From: Selaginella moellendorffii
Lineage: Eukaryota; Plantae; Lycopodiophyta
Assembly: GCF_000143415.4 (NCBI RefSeq)
Contig: NW_003314450.1
Span: 32,436 to 96,435, forward strand
Direction: 5' to 3'
Length of the DNA: 64,000 bases
Both the position numbers and the translations under genes were made by a program. Below the pieces are notes generated by a model. That model had not been told where the DNA came from. It ran no database searches and worked only from the letters and a program-made list of their open reading frames with translations. Shown in pieces: positions 22,109-34,569 of this stretch; within the stretch, counting starts at the first letter, position 1, and each line of letters starts with the position of its first letter.

Positions 22109-22458
22109 CGTAGCCCTGGAGTTTTCAGAAAGAATCACAAAGAGAAGCACAATGATCGCGAGCAAGATTTACCTTTGCTCGAAGTTCTTGGAAGCGCGAT
22201 CGAGCACCGCATTGGTACCCGCATGGAACAATCCGAGAATTTATATCATGGTGGAAATGGAATGTCGAGTGTATCCACTGTGATTTTCATTCAATGGGCC
22301 ATACACTCCTTGCTTCGTTCTCACGCCAGGCGCCGCCCCACCAGGGAGAAAACGTAGAAACAAAGTGATCACTGTTGACCAAGAGTGTACTAATTGACTA
22401 GAAGTTGACTTTTGTGATCTTACATGTTCTTCCAAGAAACCGAGCTATTCCTCTGAAT

Positions 22459-23841
22459 CTAGTTGTCCCCTGGTAAAGGAGCCAGCTCGTTGCGAGCGAA
22501 TCTCTCCTCGTCGAAGTAGCTGCCTCTCACTACTCTCCCACCAAAGAAACGGCCATCCAAATCCGCGAGAGCTTTACTAGCCTGGTCCGCCCGCTCAAAC
22601 TGGACGAAGATCCGGACTGCCTCGGTTGGAGCGTAGTCATGCTCGGTGATCTCGAAGATCAGCACGCTTGTCACCACGCCAAACTTGCTACACTCGGACG
22701 CAACCTCTTCCTCGAGCTCGGCATCCACTTCTCCGGGACCAACCTGGAAAAGAAAGGAGAGAAAAACCACCTTGAATACATGAAACTTGGAAAGTTCTAG
22801 ACATACCATGTTGCGGAGTAGAACAACACGAGTAGCCACTGGCCTTTGTTGCTGCTGCTGATTTTGTTGTTTCTTGAGCTCACCCGCATTGACGATCACT
22901 CCAGCGCGTTTATCAGTCTTTCGAGCCATCAGAGGAGTGGTGATTCCCTGCTCTTGTTTCCCCAAGCCTTGGCCTTCTCTCCATCCCATTCTCGCCATCA
23001 TCCTCTGGGCAGCGGTCATTCCTCCACTGTTATTCCCGTTGCCACCACCCTGGCTTTGTTGCTGCTTGCCACCATGGCTATGGTGGCCCTCCACTTGAGA
23101 CGAAGATGGTGGTGGTATGTCCGATGGCCCGGCAGCCGAGAAGGAGGAAGAGCTCCCCCGACCACCTCCGGCACTTAGCATGGCTCTTCTCTTCCAAGCC
23201 TCTTCACCGCTTATATGCACGTCTTCCTTGTGCTGCCTCTCAAGCTCCTTCTGCCTTGCCACCTCTCGCTCCCTCTCTTTTTCTTCCTCTTCCTCCCTCC
23301 GCCGCTCCATATCTCGCTTCAGCTCCTTCTCCATCTTCTTCCGCTTGCGATCGCGGCAGTACTCCTCGTAATCGTTGGGCCGAGCGGGATCATACTCGTC
23401 GATGATACAAACGGGCACCGCCACTGGCGGCGTTGGAGTAACCGCGACCGCCGCCGCTACTACTGCTGGCGTCGCCGCCACCGCCACTGGTTTCACAGTA
23501 GCCACAACCGGCGGTTGCCTGGGAGGAGGCGGCGCCTTGGCGGAGGACTGGTTGCGCAAGACGGAGGGAGGAGCAGCGAAAATACCTGCCTTTCGAAGCG
23601 CCGCTGGCGGGGTCATGAGCTTGCCATTGCCGATCAAGCTGTGCTTCTTGGCTGAATCTTCGCTCGCTGCTGCTGCTGCTGCTGCTGCTCGAGCGTCGGC
23701 ATCGGCCTGCGCGGCTGCCGCCGCTGCAGCAGCCGCGGCCGCAGCCGCTGCGGCAAATGCTGTCGCTGAGGATCCCGAGGACGCCGAAGCCGATGAGGAT
23801 TGAGACGGGGGAGGAAGATCGCCATAGAGCCCTCCCAGCAT
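22459..23841 (-). CDS. DRT111: Splicing factor 45 / DRT111 (SF45 motif, G-patch, UHM); intron 22744-22806
   Basis: MLGGLYGDLPPP, DEYDPARPNDYEEY, AQRMMARMGWREGQGLGKQEQGI, RVVLLRNMVGPGEVD, DGRFFGGRVV. Confidence 0.93.
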   Translation of the reverse strand: MLGGLYGDLPPPSQSSSASASSGSSATAFAAAAAAAAAAAAAAAQADADARAAAAAAAASEDSAKKHSLIGNGKLMTPPAALRKAGIFAAPPSVLRNQSSAKAPPPPRQPPVVATVKPVAVAATPAVVAAAVAVTPTPPVAVPVCIIDEYDPARPNDYEEYCRDRKRKKMEKELKRDMERRREEEEEKEREREVARQKELERQHKEDVHISGEEAWKRRAMLSAGGGRGSSSSFSAAGPSDIPPPSSSQVEGHHSHGGKQQQSQGGGNGNNSGGMTAAQRMMARMGWREGQGLGKQEQGITTPLMARKTDKRAGVIVNAGELKKQQNQQQQQRPVATRVVLLRNMVCLELSKFHVFKVVFLSFLFQVGPGEVDAELEEEVASECSKFGVVTSVLIFEITEHDYAPTEAVRIFVQFERADQASKALADLDGRFFGGRVVRGSYFDEERFARNELAPLPGDN

Positions 23842-24799
23842 CCTTGAAGAACCCTAATTTCCCCTAAAAGAACAGAATATCCTCCAATTTAAATACTTAA
23901 AATGCTAACCATTTAAAAAAGGAAAACAATCTGGGCCGTCCCTTTTTCGCACCATTTTTACTAGAAAAAGGGCATAATGATGCAATTTTGTGTTCCTCTT
24001 AAGGGGAAAATGTGGCTCTTCTTTCTTATGGTTTGCAGCTTGTTACAATGCCTAGTGTGCTCCTAAAAGCAATCTGGAGGCATCTTTACCATTAGCGTTG
24101 GCCTTCAAATGTATTGGAAGGCTTGCTTTTTCATGCAACGACATGATGCTAGCCTGCTCATTCAAACTCTTGGAGGCCACTTCTCCACCTGAAGACCACC
24201 AGAGCCTTGGAGGATGAGAAGCAAAGAGGTTCTTACCTCTATTGCAATAGTTACCCGCCCTTGGCATCTTGTGCTTGCTATATGACTTTGGCTTTTGATG
24301 GAGTATTCATGTAGACTTTGGCGGGCTACTTCTCTACTTGGAGGCTGCTTGAGGTTTTTTACATGGGAAAATTGGTTGTAGTGTTTGCTGTCGTCACAGA
24401 TGGGGTATTTATTTTTAGTTAAAGAAAAGAAAAAGGCTTTAAAACATTTTTACACTAGTTTATATTTGTAGCAAGTTTTAACAATTTCCTTTTTAGTTCT
24501 TTATTAATAACATTTGTTATAAGAGTTGAGAGCATGATATGTGCTGCTATAGCGCAGGAATTTATGCCACCATCATAAAATATACTTCATGTTGATGTCT
24601 GAGATTTATTCATGGGATTTTGGCTTGTTTATAGCCAAATATAGGAATTTATGAGACTTAGATGTTAGAGAGAGCTTGGAGGATATGAGTTAGCCATTTA
24701 AGTGGAATAAAAGCCATTTGAGTGGAGTATATTACTATCACTTTCACATATTTAACGTATGGTTATAATTGGCTACAGTAGAGGCCTTTTAGGAGGATT

Positions 24800-25090
24800 T
24801 GGCTTGTGAAGACTCATTGATTCTTCGTTACATTGTGGGCAGACCAAAATGCTCGAGAGCAGGTTACCATCTATATCTTATTGACCGCAGGCATTGGAAC
24901 CTCAACGCGGAGAACATCATTCATATGCAGAACCTGGACCAGTTCGTGCTCATTGACTTCAAACATGCGTATACTGAATACGACAATGATTTTGGCGAAG
25001 TTCCAGATGCAGTCAGCCTTCAGATGGCTGGGTGGAATAGTGCAGGTCGTAACCGTGCGGTTCCTATCGAGTGGCCCTGTGCTGGCTAGC
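24800..25090 (+). pseudogene. Possible atypical kinase-like fragment
   Basis: HWNLNAENII....FVLIDFKHA resembles kinase subdomains VIb-VII (HGDxxxxNI...LIDF). Confidence 0.35.
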
Positions 25091-25436
25091 TTTGCCAACT
25101 ATGCTTTCACGCTACCTCCCTCCACGCCTTAACCCGATTATCACCATTGGCTGCGGCGCTCGCCGGTGCTGCTGGTTTGCCACCTCCAGAGCTAAGTATA
25201 CATCATAGATCATCCTATAGTGCTGCCTCCCAGTAGTTTCCGCTTTCAAAAGCTATAGTAGGCTACAATCTCACTTGAGTTTCAAAGTTTGGTACGGCGT
25301 TGAACATTAGCTAATCAAATCTTCCTCCAAGATGAAAGTTTCTGAGTGGCACTAATTTGACACGTAGATGTCTTTATTGGCATTGATCCAGGTGGCATTG
25401 TCAATGAGGAATTGAAGCTTTCTCTCCCATTTTCTG

Positions 25437-26043
25437 CCGCGCGCCTCTCCCAGATCGGTGTCCGAGGCCAAGATCCCACTCCCCACCTGGAGCCGCTACC
25501 GCAAGCACGCACCCAATCCAATCCGGGCAGTCGAGTGGCATCATCACCGTCAGCAAGGACGCCTACTCTCTCCTCGCGGACGTGGAGGATTTCTACGGCA
25601 ATGGGGAGCTTGCTCATGGAGATCTAGATTTGAGCTCGATACATGCCCTGTTCGCGATCGAGTCATGGCGTTTCTGGCGAGCAGGGGGATTGAGCTGCGG
25701 CGCCCGGTGGAGGAGGAGGAGCCTCCGCCACCACCTGCAAACAAGAGAAAGTAATGGTGATGACTGCGCGATGCAATGCCGAAGTTTCTGCCGATGTTTT
25801 GCGAGGAGATCGTCTACTGCAAACATCCTACACTAGGACGAGAGTTTGCTCGCGTGGAAGAGCATCGTGATTCGTGTGATAAACGCAAACAAAAAAACCT
25901 TTTTCTAAACTTGATCAAAACATTCACTTCTAAAGATCCAATTGCGCGTACGCTTCGTCCAGCCAGCAAGATCATCTTCAATCCAAACTCTCCAACTTGG
26001 TAAGCCACCCTGGAAGTTTTCGATCCAGCTAGTCCTCCCGATA
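25437..26043 (+). pseudogene. Internally deleted copy of the 17121-17828 gene plus its 3' flank
   Basis: SEAKIPLPTWSRYR and CPVRDRVMAFLASRGIE..PPPPANKRK; flank 25918-26043 matches ~17950-18087; frameshifts and deletions. Confidence 0.85.
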
Positions 26044-26049
26044 CCCGTG

Positions 26050-27420
26050 TGAACGGTGGAAGAACATGGATGAACAGAAGCAGCGAGAATGAAAGGAAAC
26101 AAGGAAGACAAGCGGGAGGAGGAAAAAGAAATACAGAAAATATAACCTAGCGTTCCACACTACTATACCGTCCCGTACTGGTTCCTCACAAGTCTCACTC
26201 AACTCTAGTCCTCCAGAGTTGTGCTGAAAAGAGAAGTTTTCGAGAGAGAGATCACACTCATGAAGTTGGTTGAACTCTTGTTCGGTCATACAAGTGTCAT
26301 ATGTTGCATCTGTCCCTTCCCATCGCACGTTACTCTTTGATGGCCCTGTTTCGTAGGTCCCTTTCATTCTCTCCAACTATCCTTTCTGGACACAGGATTG
26401 GACGACCCTCCTTAGTCTCCAATTTTGGTGGAGGAATTCCTTGAGGAGCTAGTCCGTGGCCTCAAAAATGTGACATTTGAGTCTGCTGAAAGTTTGTTGA
26501 GTGTCGTCACTCCAGGAAAATTGGCCTGCTCAAATGATATCCATCAATGGTGGTGTAGTGTTCTATAAACTTTCGGAGGTAATTGCAGAATCCCAAGAAC
26601 ACGCGGAGTTGTTTCATTATAGAAGGTGCTGGCCAGTTTCAAATCGCTTCCAATTTTGTTGGATCTGGTTTCATCTTCCCAGAAGCTAAGGTATTCCACC
26701 TTGTGCTTGGTGAATGGACATTTTGCGAGCAGTGGAAAATCCTCCAGCTGCTGTAAGACAGTGTCCAACTTGTAAAGCATGGAGTTGAAAAGGTTATTCA
26801 TCATCCCTTGAAAGGTGGTGGGGGCTTTGGTGAGCCCAAATGGCATCAAACTGGTACAAACCACAATTGTCAAGGTCAAAACCTACTCGCTGCCGATAAA
26901 GGGGCAGGAGTCAATATATAATGGAAAAGGAAAATGTACAGTAAGAATGGCCATAGCCAAGAGCAAAAAAACGAGAATCAAGTAAACGTAGCCTACCTTC
27001 ACCTCCTTAGCCAATTAGTCAACTCATAACACTAGTGAGTTTGGAAAGCCATCTTTTTTGATAATATCCCAATCTCAGATCAAACTTAGAGAAATATGCC
27101 ACCTTGCCAAGCTTGTCAATTAAGTCTTCGATTTTGGGAATCAGAAATTTACCTTTGATTGTCACTGTATTCCACCCTCGGTAGTCCACACATAAATGCC
27201 AGGAACATTGAGTACAAGGAAGATTGGTCCTCGATGGTTCATGAGCTCCTTTATCATCCCATCCACCTCTTCATGGCTGAGCCTCACAAATAGCTTGCAA
27301 ACAAATGTGGTGTATGACTCCTGTTGAAGTGCTGGCCTCATGTCATGTAGGAGTCATGAACCTGAGTGAAGTTCTTATTCCACGGCCAACTTAAACGGAA
27401 TATTCTGCCTCTAATACCAT
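26050..27420 (-). mobile_element. Degraded Ty3/gypsy (chromovirus-type) LTR retrotransposon
   Basis: RT remnants WHLCVDYRG..FLIPKIEDLIDKL..YFSKFDLRLGYYQ and MPFGLTKAPTTFQ; chromodomain-like VRWEGTDATYDT; PBS TGGTATTAGAGG at 27407-27419 after a CA end. Confidence 0.85.
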
Positions 27421-27649
27421 GTTAGAGCCTTAAAAAACTCTTCTGGCTCTGCTTATGGGAGGATTGGTCGTTTGCTTGGGCCACAGCTTCTAACATATAG
27501 CAATCAATGTGGCAGCCAATCAAACAATAAACCTTCATTGTATTTTGAGGCATCATATGTGCCACAAGGGTTAACAGTAGTGCTAGCAAACGAAATCACT
27601 GCATAAGTATTTGGTGTAGGCTAAGCTCTACCTTGTTTTCTTAAGAAAG

Positions 27650-30350
27650 CTTAATGAAGGTGGGCATCCATCTCTTGCAAAGCCTGATGCCACAATATGT
27701 CAAACAGTTTACTGTATCTACTATATCTAATGCAGAAGGGTCTTCAAAGGTTATAAAAACCAGTGAGATTATCAATATGAATAGATTTTTTCTTGCTCTT
27801 GTGGTGCATGCTCAAAAATGCACTTTGATTAAGAATGGTGATGTCTGGGGAGGGGGATTGAGAAAGAGTTTAAGAATCCATAAATAAATGGCTAATAACC
27901 CATTACTTGTCCAATGAGTTGTTAAATTCAAGTATGATTAAGTAAAAACTAATATGATAGGTGAGAACTTTGGAGAGGGAATTTAATTGAGACCAAAGCA
28001 AAGATGGTTGGATAGACAAAGTAAGTTAATATATTGGAAAGGAAAATTTATAACTTATACAAATCTAGACAAATAGGCAATATAACTAAACTGGACTAAC
28101 ACATACGAAAGTCTCTTGGAAAACATAGTAAACTAATATTTAGCAAATATTGAGGGATTAAACTCAATATCATAAGGGTTCTTAACACTAAAAAGTGCAA
28201 GCCAATAACATAAATTTATTATCACTATCTCAAGTATACTTGACTAAATGATAACTTCCTTAGTGCCTTTTTAGTTTAAGTGCACATGTGTTGATAAGAA
28301 GATTAAAAGGACTCATTGATAGATAACTTTTGATACCTACAATTACATTTGTGATAAGCATATACTTATTAGTAATTTGTAATGCTATAACAACTGTTTA
28401 TACATAATAAAAAAATATATTAACAAATCAATCCTTATATTGACTACAAAAAAAGCATGAGAAAAATAATTCATCTCTTCTTCCTCATAATTTATATTAG
28501 CCAATTCATCAACCATTTCAGCTTCACCACTACTATCCTCCTTTATAACACTAATACAAGATCTTATTTTATACTTGTTAAGACATTCTAATGACTTATG
28601 TCCTACCTCTCTATAATGGAAGTAATGACTCACACAATAAGTTTCACTAAGAGCAAACTTTATAAATTGTTATTGCTTAAACCAATTAAAAGGAGGAGTA
28701 GAAGGATTAAGACCAGATGAAGCAATTGGTGGATGCCAACAACCATTTTTATTAACTATTGCTTGTAAACTGAAATTTCCCTTCCACACTTTCACTTTGT
28801 TTATTTTTAGAATTTAGAATTATTGATATTATTTCATGAACAACTGACTAAAGGCAACTTGTTAGCTTGCCTCTTCAAAATCTTATTGCAAAAAATTGAA
28901 CCTAAATTTTTTATGAATTAACTCTTGACATCTTTATTACTTATATTTGTAATCATAATGTATTTATGAGCAAATGTGTTGATTTAGTATATAAGGTCCT
29001 CATGCTACTTTAATTATCACAGCTCTACATGAAGATCCAATAAATATTCCTTATGAATACGAGTTCATATCTTAGTCTAACTTCTAATTTACCCTTTTAC
29101 AATTTAGTACCACCAAGTTTTGGTATGATCAATGAAGAAAAACTATATATACACCTTTATATAATCATCTATGTTTACCACTATTAAGTAGTTTTTCATA
29201 TTATACTCAATCTTCCAAAACTTGATAGTCCTCTATATTTATGAAGTTTGGGTGGTTTTGGGGACTTTAATTTTTAAATTTGTTTAAATTGAAGGTGGTT
29301 GCAAAACTTTATTATCCTTAAAACTTGAAAAAAAAGTCTAGTTACTTAGGTCCATTTATTTATTTGTCTCTACTTCTTTCTTTCTTTTTTTTTTGTTCTC
29401 CTTCTTTACTTGTGAACTTTTTTTTGTAAATTCTTAATCTCAATTAAGAGTTTCTTCCTCTTGATTTGCTTATTTAAAGGTTTTAGAGTCATTAGCATAG
29501 TTTTGTTTTGTCATCTATGTCTTTATCAATAAAAAAAATATGTATACAACATTTTTACTAATGGTATAATTGAAATTGCTAAGACAATTCCTCTAATACC
29601 AAATGTATCACACCTAAATTTGTAGTTAAACTTCAAGCCTATTGCACTACATAACAAGGGAGTACACACTTAAATATATTATAAACACTATTTAGCCCTT
29701 ACATGCAAAATGGTGTCATATAATTTTAACATACAACATAAGGAGGTAAGTATCCCATTGACTATCATGGGATGGAATTTGGTCTTAGACTTAAATTGAA
29801 TATATAAAGAACAATGTAGCCCAGTGGGCTAAATTAATATTTTATGTGATTGGCTATGTTTCTAACCATTATCTTTATTAAACATTTGAAACCCCTTGTT
29901 AGATTGTGAATTTAAATATGGAAATAACACTATGGCATTCAAAATACTCTCTACATTTTGAAGATATGCTTCTTTAGCAAATCTAAGCACTTTCTATAAA
30001 TACATGATAAGACTGAAATATAACCAATATATGAGCAGTAGACATAGTAAGATATTATTTAATAATATTGAAGGACTAAACTCAATATTGTAAGGGTTTT
30101 AAACACTAGTTAATGCAAGCCAACAAATGAATTCCTCTAACCATGTCAAGTATGTTTGATTAATATCATTTAAAAATTCCATCTTTAGTCAAGTATACAT
30201 GGCTAACTTGGGTAAAAACTAACAAAGGAAACCAAGAGTATCCACCTCATGCCATCATGCTAGTAAAGAGAGAATGTCCAAAAGGACTAACTAATAAATA
30301 TTTTTCAATGCCCAAAATTATATTTACAATAACTAATATGCCACACTCCA
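27650..30350 (-). mobile_element. Highly decayed AT-rich LTR element (gag remnant, PBS, LTR-like direct repeats)
   Basis: Mutated zinc knuckle HYFHYREVGHKSLECL (28574-28627); PBS 29590-29601 after ..TGATACA; direct repeat ~28140-28380 vs ~30060-30330; boundaries approximate. Confidence 0.6.
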
Positions 30351-30700
30351 ACATATAATTAAAAGACTTCACCTTTTCTACTACTTCATATTACAAAAAT
30401 ATTGTAAAAAGTGTTTTTCATTCAATTATATAGGTTGAAATCATTGTATTATAAGACACTACAGCATGCAATTGTATCCAGTCACCAAGTTTAGAGCTTA
30501 ACCATTACAAGCATACAAAGCAAGCATCATGGAAAAATTACTAGAGCATTATGGAGTCTGATACATAGTCAATAGAAATTATGATATTTATTATATTATA
30601 GAAACAATTATAATGACTCAAAAGTAGTGGAGTAATGTGACTATTTGGATGTTCTCTAAGATGACAACACCAAAGAGAGAATAAAAAATTAAGTGAACAA

Positions 30701-31145
30701 TTATGAGAGATGAATACAACCTAGTGGTATCTCCCAAACTAGGGTGACGTCGAGTTGCGGCTTATCAAGCCTCTTGGGGACAGGCCTTTCGACCTGTTTC
30801 TGGCACTCTTTCGCAAGGAAAAAGCCATTACCGACCATCTTAGGCAAGCTGGGGCATGCCCTCAATTCTCGATAAACATCCACCTCTATAGTGAACGAGT
30901 TCCGGAACATCTGCTTGAGAGCCAGCGGCTCCTCACTAACACCACGCTGTAAACGGCAGCTGGCGACATGTAAAGCTGCTGAACGATTTGTAAACTAAAG
31001 CGCCCCGTGGAAGATGAGAAATCGGCTGTAGATAGAGGGCCAAGGTAACCCCATACCTGGAAGGGTTCCTTTCTCTTGCCCAGTCCCGGTCTCTGTTGCC
31101 CAAGGTCAGACTGTCCTCCATGGACTATGAGAGTCGAAGGCACTA
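30701..31145 (-). pseudogene. Atypical kinase-like fragment
   Basis: EVDVYRELRACPSLPKMVGNG resembles the alphaC/beta4 segment of the kinase relic at ~54235-54310. Confidence 0.35.
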
Positions 31146-31387
31146 CAACAAAAACCTGGGCAATCTGTTGAATAGGCAGCGGCAGCGGCTGCCGACGTAA
31201 CCAGATCGCTCCTCGCTCCTCTGGAAGAAGACCTTCATAGGGTTTTACAGAAAGGAAGCAGTTTGGAGAGGGCTGTCAAGCCAATTCGCCTCCCGAAGGA
31301 TTTCATGAAAATGTAGCGTAGGCACTGTCAACATGAAATACCATCAACTTATTGCACTGGCGAAACTTTCACTTAAAGGTGCTAACG

Positions 31388-32954
31388 TTATTGAGGCCTC
31401 TCTGCAGTTACTACTGTGGAGGCCTCGACCTTTTCCTGAGGAAATATTGGCTGGTGGATGGATTTTGTAGCGGACAAAGCCGCGGCCATGGAGACGGGCA
31501 TGAGGCAAAAGCCCTTGCTCTGGAGGAACTGCAGTGCGCTGCCCATGCTCTCGTCCATGAGCCGAGCTGCCTGCCGCTCCAGGCTCGCCAAGCTCTCTGC
31601 CGAAGCGCCATTGCTCTGGCTCAAGCTCGTAGCCATGGCACTGGAATAAGACTGCCATAACCAAAGAGCTTGGTTAGAAGAAGTTTCAGAATTATAACAA
31701 ACCTCTGGAGGTGGCTGGGACCCTGAGCTTCCCATGCGACACATTGAGAATATCTGGCAAAGGAACAAAACAAACCATTGGGTATATGAGGTGACCGAAA
31801 GATAGTTTTCACAAACCTTTGATTGGAGCTGGAGGAATTTTACGTACTCGATTATCTCATCCAGCATAATCGCTTTGTCGGTCTGTGGCACCCAAAGCGT
31901 TTCCATGACATATGATTCCATATACAGACTATATACCTTGTTAGCATTTGGTACCAATCCTTGCAGCTCCTTCATCCTTTCCGCGATTCTCTCCCTGCGT
32001 TGCTGGAAAAAAGAAATCACAAGATCCACAAGCTCAGCGTAAAAACTCTCTCGATGTACGATCAACAAGCTAAAGGACAAAGCTGGCAAGGATCTTAACT
32101 CGCTCGGCAATGCTGTGAGGGTCGGTGGCTTGGCCCCGGCGAGCACGAACTCGAGGCCTCGGAGCTCCAGAAATTGGAGCCATAGGGGCAGGCTGAGCGC
32201 TTCTATACGAACCTCGCGATGGAGCCTACAAATCGGCAAGAGTTTTCCATCTTAGAGTTTTAGAGGAAGATCAAACTTACTGCTTGAATTTGAGGCTTCT
32301 GCTGGCCCAATCCATAAGCACTGAACACACTACTCGCTCCTTCCCTGTGCTGCTAAGAAAGAAGAAACCAAGAAACCATGAGCAGCAATTCCCAATGAAC
32401 AATCGACTCACCATTCTCAAGTTTGAGGGAATGTTTCCAGCGCTGCGGTATCTCGAGGAGAACATGCCAGCGTTGAGATTGAACAAATCTCCAGGCCTGA
32501 GCTGCTGCTGGAGGTCCCCTATGAAAGGCTGCTGCTGCTGCTGCCATAGCCGAGAGGAATCGCCAAAGCTTCCATGGGAGGGAGAGTTGAGAGAAGCCAT
32601 GACCGAGTTTGCCTCGCCCGGGAGGAGCATGGGGAAAGGCGAGGAAGAACATCCTTGGTTGGCCATGATGTTGCAGTTCACGCCGATTCCTCCTCCTCCT
32701 CCGCTAAGCTGCAAGCCAGAATGATCCAGCAAGCTTTGCTGCTGCTGGCTGTGGAGGAAGGAGTCCACATACGATCCAGCTTGCGACTGATCCTGGCACT
32801 CTTCTGTAACTGCTGAGTGATCCTTGGAGTCCCCAGAGGCTCCCGGTTGATCAGGCGCTGCTCCGGATGGTGGATTGATAAACTCGAGCTGGTTCCTCAG
32901 GCCACCGATATCCGACCACGACGGCATGTTGAGAATCTCCAGGATGTCGTCCAT
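31388..32954 (-). CDS. LRL: bHLH subfamily XI (LRL) transcription factor, copy 1
   Basis: [60 protein letters not shown]; ERQAARLMDESMGSALQFLQSKGFCLMPVSMA. Confidence 0.88.
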
Positions 32955-34569
32955 GAGTGACTCCGGAGTGGAAAACAAAGCAGAGCAAGGATACGAACAA
33001 GAGGGTGACTCTCCAGCGCTCGCCAAGATGAGGACGATGCATAAAGTTGAGTAGGAGTTCTTTCTTTCAGTAGAAAAGAACTCTTTGGTTCAGTATACTA
33101 GGAGGAGCTAGCGAGCCGACTTTCTTTTACTCCTGACACAAAGAGAGAGTGAGAGTGAAAGAGAGTTAGTTTTGCAAGACAAAAAGAATGTGTTGGGAGA
33201 TTTCTCTTTGGCAGTATATCTTAGAGATCACGTAGTATGGAGGCTCTCTAAGCCGCCTAATAGAGTGGCAACCGTTAAAGACAAGCTTTCTAGACGCTTA
33301 GAAGTTGGAGAAAAACACTATACCTCTCTCTCAAGTGTTTGTCCAAAGCACCTGGAAGAAAATGCCAAGAGCTTTGTCCTCGTGCTAGAGTTCTAGGCCA
33401 CCCTTACAGCCTTGACTTTGGCTCCTCGGCCCTGCAACAAACAAACAAAAGCAAGAAACACAAGGAGAAAAAAGAGGATCAATTGAACACGCTGTCTAGT
33501 GATAAGTTGCGAGCGATCAGAGATAGAGAGGAATCGCCCAAGTCGATTGACAAAACTTGGAAGCTCCAGAGAGATTATGAGTCGAGCTTTGGATGGGCGT
33601 GTTATACCTCTCAAAATCCCTTGCGCGGCTGCAAGAATTCCTAGCAAATCTCCATCTCTTCGTGTGAAGTGGACATCATCCCACCCAGGCCTCTCCCAAT
33701 CACTGGAAAATGGAACATTCCCCCCGTGGACATATTGCGAAGTAGCAGTAACAGTGCTGTACCAGTACAAGCAAGCAAGAGTTTCTTTAAGAAAAAAGAA
33801 AGCATTGAAGAAAGAAAGGAAAGAGGGAAAGCAATGCAAAGCTGTGTGTGTAGTATCAAAAGCCGAGAAGGGCAGTGCAGTCAACCATGGGGGCCACGAT
33901 AACAACTTTTGTGATGCGGCACAAAGAAGGAAATGGAGAAATCCCAAAACCCCTCCTCCAAAACAATCACATTTAATCTTCTAATTTGCAAAAGTTTGGA
34001 GATGCGATCGAAGGGTCGGAATTGAAAAGCGTCCAAGAAAAAGCAAAAGGTGGCAGCACAATCCAGTCGTCCACGCAAGGTATTAGGTTAGTGACGGCCC
34101 GTCGCGCCCGTCAGCTTTCCCCGCGTGCGCGGGAGTGACGTTTCGGATGACGTTGGAAGGTCAACCACACGAAAAAAGATTCTTCTTCTCCTTTTACTTT
34201 TTGCTTCCCATTCAAACCAAGCTATACAAAATGCGATAGTAGTTTTTTTCGATTTCTTGTCGATTCCAATCAAGCAAGCGGCAATAGGGAATATTTATAA
34301 AACTCGTAGAAGATCGACCCACTTCGATTCCATCTCTCTTGGGCGAATCTTTCCGCGCCACCAAAACTTTTTGGATCTTGTCCAACGTATTTACAAATGG
34401 CCAGGCCTGCACACAACGTTTTCCACTGTCAAACCAGAAGATCACACGAACAAAGAAGAAAAAAGCGAGAAAACAATCACTCACCTTGGCTCACAGCAAA
34501 GCCCAACGCCACCACCACCACCACTGCGTGTTGCTTTGGCCGCAACTCCTTCCCGTATCATCGGCTCAA

